In this document: in pieces, positions 1 to 12,316 of the stretch
Layout of the letters: every line of letters starts with the position of its first letter
How positions within the stretch are numbered: the stretch's first letter is position 1
Source of the DNA: Polyangia bacterium
Lineage (GTDB): Bacteria; Myxococcota_A; Polyangia; Fen-1088
Assembly: GCA_036268875.1 (NCBI GenBank)
Contig: DATATI010000074.1
Span: 133,886-197,885 of the forward strand
Reading direction: 5' to 3'
Length of the DNA: 64,000 nucleotides
Made by a program: the position numbers and the translations under genes
The notes under the pieces: model-generated
What the model was told of the DNA's origin: nothing
Seen by the model: only the letters and a program-made list of their open reading frames with translations
The model's database searches: none

Positions 1-349
1 GGCGCGCGCCAATTTGGGTTGGGCACTTTTTCAAGAGAAGGACAACGAAGGCGCGTGGCGCGAGCTGCACGAAGCGGCCGCCCGCTCGCCCGGTTTCTGC
101 GTCGGACGTTATCGACTGGCCAAGGTGTATGTCGAGCGCAGCGACTATGAACGCGCCGCCGAAGAGCTGGACGCGGTGACGTCGTCAGCGACCTGTCCGA
201 TCCAGGAGGCGTTCCTGCTTAGCGGCCTCGTGCACGAGCGCCGCAAGGACGCGGCGGGCGCGCGCGCGCTGTTTGGCCGTTGCGCGGAGCTGGCGCCCCG
301 TGGTTGCTTGGCAGCCCAGTGCAAGCGCTATGCGGAGATGCTCCAGTAG
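1..349 (+). CDS. TPR-like repeat protein, C-terminal fragment (5' end lies outside the window)
   Basis: The reading frame is open to the window edge. Helical TPR-like sequence (AWRELHEAAARSP...YERAAEELD) with GC-rich third positions. Stop at 347-349. Confidence 0.5.
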   Translation, partial: ARANLGWALFQEKDNEGAWRELHEAAARSPGFCVGRYRLAKVYVERSDYERAAEELDAVTSSATCPIQEAFLLSGLVHERRKDAAGARALFGRCAELAPRGCLAAQCKRYAEMLQ

Positions 350-353
350 GGGG

Positions 354-890
354 ATGCGGATGTCCGTAAGGTCCACTGAAAGCAGCGGCGCGGAAAATCG
401 AGATCGCATCGAGCGCGACAACTTCGGCGTCTGGCTGCGCGATGCCCGTCACGATCAGGGCGCCTCGCTGGGCGAGATTTCCGCCAGCACCAAGGTGTCG
501 CAGTCGACGCTGCAGCTGCTGGAGGCGGGCAACCTGGCCGAACTGCCGGCGGAAGTTTTCGTGCGCGGCTTTATCCGTTCCTATGCCAAGGCCGTTGGCG
601 TCGACGACACGCACCCGCTGCACCTTTACGAGCGGGCCCTGCAGGCGCGCCGCGACGCCGAACGGGCCCAGTCGAAGACCCCGGTGATCGATCCGATTTT
701 CTCGGGTCCCATGGGCGAAGACGAGCAGCCGCGCCGGACCTTGGGCCTGGCGGTGTTCGTGATCATCTTGTTGCTGATCGCCACCATCACGCTGTCCTTG
801 CTGCTGCGCCGTCCGCCGCAATCGGGCGAAGGGTTGAGTCGGCGTGACGCGCCAGCGGCGATCGCTGGCGCACGCGCGGCGCCGGTTTAG
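354..890 (+). CDS. rodZ: RodZ-like HTH (XRE-type) membrane protein, short form
   Basis: N-terminal HTH resembles RodZ/HTH_25 (LGEISASTKVSQSTLQLLEAGNLAELPAEVFVRGFIRSYAKAVGVD). A single TM helix follows (LGLAVFVIILLLIATITLSLLL). The ATG at 354 is in frame with ORF 273..890 and sits just after the upstream gene's stop. Confidence 0.6.
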   Translation: MRMSVRSTESSGAENRDRIERDNFGVWLRDARHDQGASLGEISASTKVSQSTLQLLEAGNLAELPAEVFVRGFIRSYAKAVGVDDTHPLHLYERALQARRDAERAQSKTPVIDPIFSGPMGEDEQPRRTLGLAVFVIILLLIATITLSLLLRRPPQSGEGLSRRDAPAAIAGARAAPV

Positions 891-914
891 TCGCGCGCTG
901 CTAAGCTTCGCGTT

Positions 915-1682
915 GTGGCGGCGGCGTTATCCACTCCAGCGATCTTGTTGCGCACGATCAACTACGGCGAGTCCGATCGGGTGGTGACGCTGTTCGGGCG
1001 CAGCACCGGGCGGCTGTCGGCGCTGGCCCGAGGCGCGCGCAAGAGCCAGCGCCGGTTCGCCGGCGGCTTGGACTTGTGCGCGGTGGGTGAGGCGTCGCTC
1101 CGCGAACGAAACGGTGCCGAATTGCTGACCTTGGAAAGTTTTGATCTCCGGGTCAGCTATTCGTCTTTCGGCACCGACGTGGCGAACATGGCCCACGCCG
1201 CCTATGTCGCCGAGCTGGTCAGCAAGCTGTGTGCGCCCCGCCAGGTGGAGACCGGCGTCTATGACTGGCTGGATGAATTTCTCGGCCTGCTGGATCGGGG
1301 CGGCGCCAGCGCCGAGCGTTTGCGGGTGTTCGAACTGGGATTGCTCGGGCGGCTGGGCTTCGCGCCGGTGGTCGACACCTGCGCAGTGTGCAACGGTGCG
1401 CGCGTCGTCGAACCGATCAGCGAGACCGGTTTTCGTTGGGATCCCGATCGCGGCGGTGCCGTCTGCCCGGCCTGTGGTCAGCGTGGCCGACCGATTCGGA
1501 CAGTGGTGCGCGCCACGCTCAGCCGTCTGGCGGCGACGCCGCTCGGAGCCGCCGCCGAGCCGGCGTTGTCGGCCGACGTGAACCGCGGCTGCCGCGAAGC
1601 CATATTCGAAGTGCTCAAGTTGCACATCACCGGAACGCTGCAGTCCTTGGAGTTCATCGCCAAACTGGGAGGGCGCGTATGA
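915..1682 (+). CDS. recO: DNA repair protein RecO
   Basis: N-terminal OB-fold consensus (ILLRTINYGESDRVVTLFGRSTGRLSALARGARK). Cys4 zinc motif (CAVC...CPAC). The length is typical. GTG start. Confidence 0.85.
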   Translation: MAAALSTPAILLRTINYGESDRVVTLFGRSTGRLSALARGARKSQRRFAGGLDLCAVGEASLRERNGAELLTLESFDLRVSYSSFGTDVANMAHAAYVAELVSKLCAPRQVETGVYDWLDEFLGLLDRGGASAERLRVFELGLLGRLGFAPVVDTCAVCNGARVVEPISETGFRWDPDRGGAVCPACGQRGRPIRTVVRATLSRLAATPLGAAAEPALSADVNRGCREAIFEVLKLHITGTLQSLEFIAKLGGRV

Positions 1683-2086
1683 CCACCACCACGACGACGC
1701 GGCCAGCGCTGCTGGGGATTCGCCACGTGGCCTTGACGGTCTCCGATCTAGAGGCCGCCGAGCGATTTTGGGTGGGCATCATGGGGTACACCGTCGAATG
1801 GCGTCCCGACGACGACAACCTGTACCTGCGTTCGGGCACCGACAACCTGGCCTTGCACCGCGGTGACTACCGCGCGCCTGTCGACGAGAGCGGTCAACTG
1901 GACCACATCGGCCTGGCGGTGCCCAAGCCGGAGGACGTCGACGCGTGGGCGGCGTTTCTGACCGCCCATGGCGTCACGGTTCGCGCGGAGCCGCGCACGC
2001 ACCGCGACGGTTCGCGGTCGCTTTACTGTTACGGCCCGGAAGACGTCTTGATCCAGATCATCTATCACGAACCTCTTTCACGATAA
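1679..2086 (+). CDS. VOC/glyoxalase-bleomycin resistance family protein
   Basis: LGIRHVALTVSDLEAAERFW...LDHIGLAV is the hallmark of the glyoxalase/VOC fold. The ATG at 1679 overlaps the recO stop (ATGA), suggesting translational coupling. Confidence 0.75.
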   Translation: MTTTTTTRPALLGIRHVALTVSDLEAAERFWVGIMGYTVEWRPDDDNLYLRSGTDNLALHRGDYRAPVDESGQLDHIGLAVPKPEDVDAWAAFLTAHGVTVRAEPRTHRDGSRSLYCYGPEDVLIQIIYHEPLSR

Positions 2087-2114
2087 TCAACGCCCGACTA
2101 AAGTCCCCACCGCC

Positions 2115-3746
2115 ATGCCAGCCACCTCACTGGAATCGATCGTCAGTCTCAGCAAACGCCGCGGGTTTGTCTTCCCCTCGTCGGCCATCTACGGGGGCCT
2201 CGGCAGCACCTGGGACTATGGCCCGCTGGGCGTCGAGCTGAAGAACAACGTCAAGCGCGCCTGGTGGCGATCGGTGGTGCACGAGCGCGACGACATGGAA
2301 GGCCTGGACGCGGCCATCCTGATGAATCGGCTGGTCTGGAAGTACTCCGGGCACGAGGCGACGTTCTCCGACCCGATGACCGACTGTCGCAACTGCAAGA
2401 CCCGCCCGCGCGCCGACCACATCTTCGTGGCGCAAAAAGGCCGCGAGCCGAAGGGCATCGCCGAGATCAACGCCGCCATCGAGGCCAAGGAACTGTCCTG
2501 TCCGAAGTGCGGCTCGAAAGATCTCACCCCGGCGCGGCCATTCAACCTGATGTTCCGCACCACCGTCGGCGCCGTCGACACCGGCGACGATTCGGGGCTG
2601 GCGTACCTGCGGCCCGAGACAGCGCAGGGGATGTTCGTCAACTTCAACAACGTGCTGGACACCATGCGCCGCAAGCTGCCCTTCGGGATCGCTCAGATCG
2701 GCAAGGCGTTTCGAAACGAGATCACGCCCGGCAACTTCACCTTCCGTACGCGCGAGTTCGAGCAGATGGAGATCGAATACTTCGTCCGCCCCGGCGACGA
2801 CGAAGCCGCGCACCAGGCGTGGATCGACGCGCGGATCAACTGGTACCGCGAGCTTGGCATGCGGCCGGAGAACCTGCGCCAGCGCGAGCAGGACAAGACC
2901 GAGCTGGCCCATTACGCCAAGCGCTGCGTCGACCTGGAATACAAGTTCCCCATGGGCTGGAGCGAGCTTGAAGGCATCGCCAACCGAACCGACTTCGATC
3001 TGTCGGCGCACAGCCGCGGCCCCAACAACCCGGACGCCGTCGGCGAGCTGCGCTATTTCGATCAGGAACAGAAGAAGCACATCGTTCCGTACGTCATCGA
3101 ACCGTCGGCGGGCGCCGATCGGGCCACGCTGGCTTTCCTGTGCGACGCCTACGACGAATCGCTGGTGAAGGATCCGCCCGAAGCCGAAGTGACCAAGCTG
3201 CGCGAGCTGGTGCAAAGCTTCACCAAGTCGGTGGAGAAGCGCGACAACCTGGAGGCCGACACGAAAAAGCGGCTGGTGGAAGTGGGGCAACTGATCGCCG
3301 ACGGGTTGCCGGGCACGCTGCCGCGATTGCTGGGTTTGTGCGACGACGCCGACGCCAACCGCATCGAGGTGTTCAAGAAGGTGCGCGGTGTCGCCGAGAA
3401 GCTGGGCGATGAGTTCACCCGCACTGTCCTGCGCCTGCACCCGCGGCTTTCGCCGATCACGGTGGCGGTCTTCCCGCTGAAGAAGAACGAACCACGCCTG
3501 GTGGAGATGGCCCGCGGGATCAAGCGCAACCTGCAAGGCGCCGGACTGCGCGCGGTTTACGACGACACCGGGGCCATCGGCAAGCTCTACCGGCGGCAGG
3601 ACGAGGTAGGGACGCCGTTTTGTATCACGGTCGACTTCCAGAGCCTGGAAGACGGCACGGTGACGGTGCGCGACCGCGATACCATGACCCAGGAACGGGC
3701 CGCTGCCGCTGACCTGCCGAGCGGGTTGCGCCAGAAGGTTGGCTGA
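2115..3746 (+). CDS. glyQS: Glycine--tRNA ligase (dimeric class II GlyRS, GlyQS type)
   Basis: The N-terminus matches GlyRS (RRGFVFPSSAIYGGLGSTWDYGPLGVELKNN). Class II motifs and a C-terminal anticodon-binding domain are present. 543 aa. Confidence 0.9.
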   Translation: MPATSLESIVSLSKRRGFVFPSSAIYGGLGSTWDYGPLGVELKNNVKRAWWRSVVHERDDMEGLDAAILMNRLVWKYSGHEATFSDPMTDCRNCKTRPRADHIFVAQKGREPKGIAEINAAIEAKELSCPKCGSKDLTPARPFNLMFRTTVGAVDTGDDSGLAYLRPETAQGMFVNFNNVLDTMRRKLPFGIAQIGKAFRNEITPGNFTFRTREFEQMEIEYFVRPGDDEAAHQAWIDARINWYRELGMRPENLRQREQDKTELAHYAKRCVDLEYKFPMGWSELEGIANRTDFDLSAHSRGPNNPDAVGELRYFDQEQKKHIVPYVIEPSAGADRATLAFLCDAYDESLVKDPPEAEVTKLRELVQSFTKSVEKRDNLEADTKKRLVEVGQLIADGLPGTLPRLLGLCDDADANRIEVFKKVRGVAEKLGDEFTRTVLRLHPRLSPITVAVFPLKKNEPRLVEMARGIKRNLQGAGLRAVYDDTGAIGKLYRRQDEVGTPFCITVDFQSLEDGTVTVRDRDTMTQERAAAADLPSGLRQKVG

Positions 3747-3839
3747 CCCGCGCCAACAATTCGCCTGCCCCGAGAATCGCTGCCCTTTTCGGCCCTTTTG
3801 TTGTTTCAGTCGCTGGCGAACTGCTGTAAATAAAGCGCC

Positions 3840-6746
<2,907 letters not shown>

Positions 6747-6771
6747 AAGGCCTATCGTCGGTCTATACAGT

Positions 6772-8373
6772 ATGGGTCTTGCGATCCGCGCCAGCGCCGC
6801 TGTGGGCGGCAGACGCCCGAGCCTTGCGTCGCGTGGATCGGCGGCGGCCGCCCGTTCGCGCGCGCGGTTGCTGGCGCTTGCGCTGGCGATGACGGTCGGC
6901 GCGGCGGCTTGCGCGCTGAACCAGGAGGGCGTGCCGCCGCCCAAAAACGAGATCTACTATCCCGGCGGCGCCCTGGTGGATTTCACCGGCGACTGGCTGT
7001 ACGTCGCCAACTCGAACTCGGACCTGCGTTACAACGACGGTACGATGGTGGTGGTCGACCTGGCTTCGGTCGTTGACGATTACCAGAAACCGCCGACCCC
7101 CTGGCCGACCTGTTCCAGCCTCCAGTACGTAACGCCGACCTATGCGCCGCCGGCGCGCGGCGACTCGACGACTCACCAGTGCTGCTGGGACGTTCTGGAT
7201 CCTGAGACGCTGAACTGCGATTCGCGCAACTATATCGACGACGACGCCACGGTGCGCATCGGCAGCTTTGCGGCCGCGATGGTGTTCAATCCCCGGAGCA
7301 CCTGTCACGGCCAGACGACGCCGCTTCCCTGCATCGGTCAGTTGCTGGTGTCGGCGCGGGGCAACACTTCGATCACCGAGATTGACACCGAGATTGATCC
7401 GTCTGTTGGAGCCGACAATCGCCGGTTTTTCTGCAGCGACGATCGGGCGCCCTTCGCCGAATGCGCGGCCAATTATCGGGTCACCGAACGTACGCCGGTC
7501 AAGGGCGTCGATCCGCCGCCGCCCAACGACGCCAACAAGATCATCCTGCCGGAAGAGCCGTACGCCCTGGCGATGAACGGCACGGACGACGTGACCGACA
7601 TGACCCAAACCAAGACCCAACTTCTGGTTGGTCATCTTCGCGGGGGGGCGATTTCTCTGATCGACATCAGCCAGCCGACGCCCACGCTGATTGGCTATTA
7701 CGGCGCCTTGGTCCCGGCCGACAGCAACGGCCTGCGTGGCGTCACGTCGCTGCTCCGGCACGGCGGACAGTTCTTTGCTGGTTCTCGCTACGTGCCGCGC
7801 GTGATGGGCGTGGTGACGACGGGCCAGGATAACGGCATGACCGCCGAGGTCCTGGACAACGTCGCCATCGTCGACAGCGGCGAGCAATACGTCAGCAGCT
7901 TGCCGGGCAGCGAGACGCGCGGGATCCAGTTCGTTCCGCCGGTAAGCCCAACGGATCCCTTCGCCGGCGAGGAGGCGTTCGTATTGCAGCGCGTGCCGCC
8001 GGCCTTGCTGCGCTTCGAAGTGAACAACCCGCTCAATCAAGCGCCGGTCGATGTCATCGAGACCTGCAACAGCCCGACCTTCATCGACCAGCACGGCAGC
8101 GGCGTGAACCTGCGGCTTTACGTCACCTGTTTCGAAGACGGCGAGGTCTATGTGTTCGACCCGCACGTGCCACGGCTGGTGGACGTCATCGAGGTCGGGC
8201 GTGGCCCCGCTGGATTGGCTTTCCCGCCGGCGGGCAGCAAGTACGACAACAAATATGTCTATGTGGTGGGCTTCGGCGCCAACAACATTTCGGTGGTGGA
8301 CATCGAAGCCGGCAGCCCGACGGAGAATCACGTCATCCAGCGAATCGGTTACCCCAGCCCGGTGCCACGATGA
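6772..8373 (+). CDS. Exported lipoprotein with YVTN/YncE-like beta-propeller repeats
   Basis: Signal peptide plus lipobox (LALAMTVGAAAC). Repeated blade-like motifs (LYVANSNSDL, LYVTCFEDGEVYVFDP, YVYVVGFGANNISVVDIEAG). Good GC3 coding signal. Confidence 0.7.
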   Translation: MGLAIRASAAVGGRRPSLASRGSAAAARSRARLLALALAMTVGAAACALNQEGVPPPKNEIYYPGGALVDFTGDWLYVANSNSDLRYNDGTMVVVDLASVVDDYQKPPTPWPTCSSLQYVTPTYAPPARGDSTTHQCCWDVLDPETLNCDSRNYIDDDATVRIGSFAAAMVFNPRSTCHGQTTPLPCIGQLLVSARGNTSITEIDTEIDPSVGADNRRFFCSDDRAPFAECAANYRVTERTPVKGVDPPPPNDANKIILPEEPYALAMNGTDDVTDMTQTKTQLLVGHLRGGAISLIDISQPTPTLIGYYGALVPADSNGLRGVTSLLRHGGQFFAGSRYVPRVMGVVTTGQDNGMTAEVLDNVAIVDSGEQYVSSLPGSETRGIQFVPPVSPTDPFAGEEAFVLQRVPPALLRFEVNNPLNQAPVDVIETCNSPTFIDQHGSGVNLRLYVTCFEDGEVYVFDPHVPRLVDVIEVGRGPAGLAFPPAGSKYDNKYVYVVGFGANNISVVDIEAGSPTENHVIQRIGYPSPVPR

Positions 8374-11300
8374 CCACGCTGCGAATCCGCGCGCTGGGCG
8401 TACTGCTGCTGACGTTGGTGGCGACCGCCTGTTCGTCGACGCCGGTGGTGGTATCGACGCACGATCTGGATCGACCGACGGACATGGTGTTCGGCTGCGT
8501 GGGGTTGATCCCGCTTGGCGAGGATGCGGCCGAGGCGCAGCCTTCCGGGCGGCCGATGGGGGCGTGCCAGAATGTCTTGCCGGTGACGTCGATTCATCGG
8601 ACCTTCGCCTTCGTCACCAACAGCGCGCGCGGAGAGCTGTCGGTGATCGACATGGACGTCGGCAAGCTCGTCGATCTGGATCTGGCGGTGGCCGGATTCA
8701 GCACCGTGCCGCTGGGCGAACTGCCGGAGGCGCTGGCCATCAGCGACGATGGCTGTCGAGTGGTCAGCGCCAACCGCGGCTCGTGCGATCTGACCCTGGT
8801 CGATCCCGGCCTCTTGGTGGCGCCGACCATCGCCCGCCAGACCGCCGACGCCGGCGTTCCAGAGCAACAGGCGCGGCCGCCGACGCAGACGGTGGTGGTG
8901 CGCACTGGCTCGGGCAAGGCGCTGGCGGCGTCGCCGTTCGAAATTCAGTTTCTGCCCCAAGACACCAGCACGCTGGCCACTTCCCACGTGGATGACAGCG
9001 GTATGACCCGCGCAGACCCTCCTGACATCAGCAAGCTCTGCCCCGCCGATCACCCGCTGGCGCCACCGCTGGGCTGGAAAGCCGATGGTACGCTGGCGCA
9101 GACCGGCTGGAAGGCGATGGTGACCTTTCCGAACTGCGATCTGGTGGCGCTGGTCGATCTGCCGTCGGGGCTGATCGTCGATTCGGTGAAGGTGCGCACC
9201 GACGGCAAAAATGCCATTCTGGAACCGACCGGCACCGAGCCGAGCTGCCCGATCGAGTGCGGCGTCGGTCCACGGCCCGCGACCGCCGTCGACGGCGGCG
9301 CTGATGGTGGCGACGCCACGGCCGCTCCCGACGCGCCGGGGGGCGGCGCACCCGAAACCGCTGGCGATGACGAGACCGCCGACGGCGGCGTGCCCGACGC
9401 CACTGACAGCGACGCCACCACCGACGGCGATGATGACGGCGCGACGATCGTCGTCGACGCCGGCGACGCCTCGGCGGCACCCGACAGTCCGCCGCCCATC
9501 GGGCCCTCCGTCGCGACCGGCGGCGCGCTGGGAGTGGGTCCGCTGGCCCTGCACCCCCTGGGCTTTCGCGCTTACGTCGGGCTCACCAACGCGCCAATCG
9601 TGGCGGCGATCGACGTCGAGCCCGACACCGGCGCGCTGATCGCTCCCGCCGATGTCGGCGCGTCCATTCCGCTGGTCGACGCGCTGGGAGTGCGGCGAGT
9701 GCGGCTGTCGGTCGACCCGTTCAGTACCGCCAAGAACGTGCCGTTCGTCAGCCGCAACCCGCAGGCCCAGGACCGCAAATTCCTCTACGTCATCGCCGAC
9801 GACGGCACCGTCCGGGTGGTGGACGTGGATTCGCAGCAAGAGTGCGACAACAACGTCGACCCCAAGCTGCTTCCCACGGCTGACGATCGGGCCACGATGA
9901 TCAAAGGTCCGTGCCTGACAGTGGCCGACGCGGCCGCCGGTGGGCTGCACAACCCGCTGGTTCCGGGGCCCGGCATTCGCCTGCCGTCGAACCCACGCGA
10001 CGTCGTGTTCACCAACGTCGGGCAGGCCCAAAGCGTCACCGGCAACGGACTGGAGGGTGCTTTCGGGTTCATCCTCACGGACAGCGGCGCGGTGTATCTG
10101 ACCAATGTCGATCCGGTCACCGATCCGACCAAACACTTCGTGACCGGCGTGGTGAACGGAGCCGTCGCGGAGATTCCACAAGTGCCGCCGCTGCCCAACA
10201 GCCTGCGCGATCAGAACTTCGTCAACTACAACACGACCCTGGATCTGTCGTCGGGTCCACCGCGATTGGACGTGGTGCCGGTGGCGCCGGTGTATGGGGC
10301 GCGCATCGAAGGCTTCTGGGCGGAAGATACCGCCGACAATTACTTGATCACCGCGGTCGGCCCGCCGGTGAAGACGTATGCGTACTTCCCCGATCGAGAA
10401 GTGGTGACGCCGCAGACCTGGACCGCGACCTGGGAAGGAGGCCTCATCGGCCTGCGTTTCTCTGGCCTGCGCAAAGGTCCGTACACCTCGCCCGAGACGA
10501 ACACGGACGTCGATTCGTTCCTGTATGACGCCGGTGGTGGGTTCTGCCAGGCGGGCGTTGTGGCGGGCGACATCGTCACCATGGTGGGCTGCTCGACTGA
10601 TGCTCAGTGCGGCGCCGGCTTGGTCTGCGTTCACAGCGACACGGTGGCGCCCTCGGCCAACGGCCTGGCCATCAATGGCCTGTGCGTGAACCCCGATCCG
10701 GCTACCCAGGCCACGGAACTGAAGACGTGTCGCCGCTTGCTGGAGAGCGTGCGCCGCTACGAGGTCGTCATTCCCCATCCGGATCGCCTGGCCTTGCGTC
10801 CCCTGAAAGACGAGGTGGTGCAAAGCTCGCTTGATCCCGCTCGCTGCATGCGAGAAACCGACGAGAAGGGAAACGGCGTCCCGTGCGGGCCGCCCAGCGC
10901 GATCGATCCGTCGTACAGCGCCTTCCGGTGCAAGAACGTCGGCGGGCCAGACCACGATGATCTGCGGTGCGTGAACCCCTGCGGACAACCCACCGACACC
11001 GATCCCCATCCCACCATCGAAAAGGGAGACGTCGATTGTCGTCCGGGACGAAAGTGCGTCGACTTCGGCAGCCGGGGCGGCCGCCTGTGCGCCGACGCGC
11101 CTTCCGAGGCGACCGAACAGCCCAGCGCGCACGGCTGCTTTCCGCAGCTGACCACGTACAGCGTCCAGGCCGGACGCAGCTTCCTGGTGCAAGGGACCGC
11201 CACCGGCATTCCGATGAACGTGCCGACGTTCGATCCAAGTGCGACGCCGCCGGCGGCGGGCAATCCGCCACCAACGTTTCCGGTGTTCGCCACCGATCCG

Positions 11301-12098
11301 ATGGATCCGCTTCGGGATCAGAACCTGAACTCCAACGACAGCCCTCTTATCTGCGTGCCGCCCACCCCGTCCAACACCCCGCTGGCTTATCGCATCCCGC
11401 TGGACGCGCCGCTGTGTCCCGACCAGCATTTCGCTCCAGGCTTGGACACCATGGAGAAGCGGATAGCCGTCGATTCAAACGCATTGCCCACCAGTGGCTC
11501 GTTTGACGCTGGATATATTGCCCTCAATTTCCTGCGGCAATTGCCCAGCGAGGAGCGCGATGATCCGAACCCGTGTCTCTACGTCGCTGGCCCGAACGAG
11601 GGCGATCCGACGGTCACCCCCACGAGCAGCAGCAACGGTGGCGCGGATGGTGGGGCGAACGGCGGGGCGCCGACCGCGGCCAACGTTGTCCAGCACGTGC
11701 GCGCCCGCTTCCGGAACACCGAGATCCAGTTCATTCTCTCCAACCTCGAGCAGCAATACACGACGGTCGCCCAGCTTCGGATGGACGTGCACGGCGGCTT
11801 CTCGCCGGCGGCGGTCGTGGCACCAGCCACAGTGGAGATCGGGTTGCCGGCGCGGATACTCACCAGTCCGCTGCCATCTCTCTTCCAGGGACCGGACCCC
11901 CAAACCCAGCCGGACAGCGCGCCGTATTTGTTCGTCGTCGATCAAAGACGGGTGGGGCTCAATCGTCTGGCCGGCGGGGCCACCCGCGGGCAGGTTCTGC
12001 GGATCAATCCGCAACGGTACAACCCGGACACCACCTTGCCACCGCTGCTCATCTACGACGATCTGACTGCCAGCGCCGGGCTGTTTCCGATCCAATAG
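8370..12098 (+). CDS. Large exported lipoprotein: beta-propeller-like N-terminal half, acidic D/G-rich linker, Cys-rich C-terminal half
   Basis: The ATG at 8370 overlaps the upstream stop (ATGA). Lipobox LLTLVATAC. YVTN-like motifs (LYVIADDGTVRVVDVDS). An acidic low-complexity spacer lies at about 9270-9480. Many spaced Cys in the C-terminal half resemble myxobacterial Cys-rich repeats. 1242 aa. Confidence 0.7.
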   Translation: MTTLRIRALGVLLLTLVATACSSTPVVVSTHDLDRPTDMVFGCVGLIPLGEDAAEAQPSGRPMGACQNVLPVTSIHRTFAFVTNSARGELSVIDMDVGKLVDLDLAVAGFSTVPLGELPEALAISDDGCRVVSANRGSCDLTLVDPGLLVAPTIARQTADAGVPEQQARPPTQTVVVRTGSGKALAASPFEIQFLPQDTSTLATSHVDDSGMTRADPPDISKLCPADHPLAPPLGWKADGTLAQTGWKAMVTFPNCDLVALVDLPSGLIVDSVKVRTDGKNAILEPTGTEPSCPIECGVGPRPATAVDGGADGGDATAAPDAPGGGAPETAGDDETADGGVPDATDSDATTDGDDDGATIVVDAGDASAAPDSPPPIGPSVATGGALGVGPLALHPLGFRAYVGLTNAPIVAAIDVEPDTGALIAPADVGASIPLVDALGVRRVRLSVDPFSTAKNVPFVSRNPQAQDRKFLYVIADDGTVRVVDVDSQQECDNNVDPKLLPTADDRATMIKGPCLTVADAAAGGLHNPLVPGPGIRLPSNPRDVVFTNVGQAQSVTGNGLEGAFGFILTDSGAVYLTNVDPVTDPTKHFVTGVVNGAVAEIPQVPPLPNSLRDQNFVNYNTTLDLSSGPPRLDVVPVAPVYGARIEGFWAEDTADNYLITAVGPPVKTYAYFPDREVVTPQTWTATWEGGLIGLRFSGLRKGPYTSPETNTDVDSFLYDAGGGFCQAGVVAGDIVTMVGCSTDAQCGAGLVCVHSDTVAPSANGLAINGLCVNPDPATQATELKTCRRLLESVRRYEVVIPHPDRLALRPLKDEVVQSSLDPARCMRETDEKGNGVPCGPPSAIDPSYSAFRCKNVGGPDHDDLRCVNPCGQPTDTDPHPTIEKGDVDCRPGRKCVDFGSRGGRLCADAPSEATEQPSAHGCFPQLTTYSVQAGRSFLVQGTATGIPMNVPTFDPSATPPAAGNPPPTFPVFATDPMDPLRDQNLNSNDSPLICVPPTPSNTPLAYRIPLDAPLCPDQHFAPGLDTMEKRIAVDSNALPTSGSFDAGYIALNFLRQLPSEERDDPNPCLYVAGPNEGDPTVTPTSSSNGGADGGANGGAPTAANVVQHVRARFRNTEIQFILSNLEQQYTTVAQLRMDVHGGFSPAAVVAPATVEIGLPARILTSPLPSLFQGPDPQTQPDSAPYLFVVDQRRVGLNRLAGGATRGQVLRINPQRYNPDTTLPPLLIYDDLTASAGLFPIQ

Positions 12099-12316
12099 CC
12101 GCGCTGTAGGCGGAAGAGAATAGCGCTTTTTGCGCGGATCATTTTGAGCCCGGCGTGACGAACTTGACGCCGCTGCGGTATGCACGGAGACTACATGTAG
12201 GTCTTTATGCGATTTGGCTGCCTGTGCCTGAATGCTGGTTGGCTGTTCAAAACGACATTGTGCTTTTGCGCGCGGGCGTCCATCGCCGACCAAAGTGGCA
12301 GGAAAGAAGACGAAAC

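Noticed and set aside
6763-8331. 522-aa minus-strand ORF opposite the beta-propeller lipoprotein gene
   Set aside because: No features. R/G-rich. The sense gene has a signal peptide and repeat structure, so the antisense frame was judged non-coding.
8349-11429. 1026-aa minus-strand ORF antisense to the large exported protein gene
   Set aside because: Low-complexity R/G/A-rich translation with no signal or domain features. A high-GC shadow ORF.
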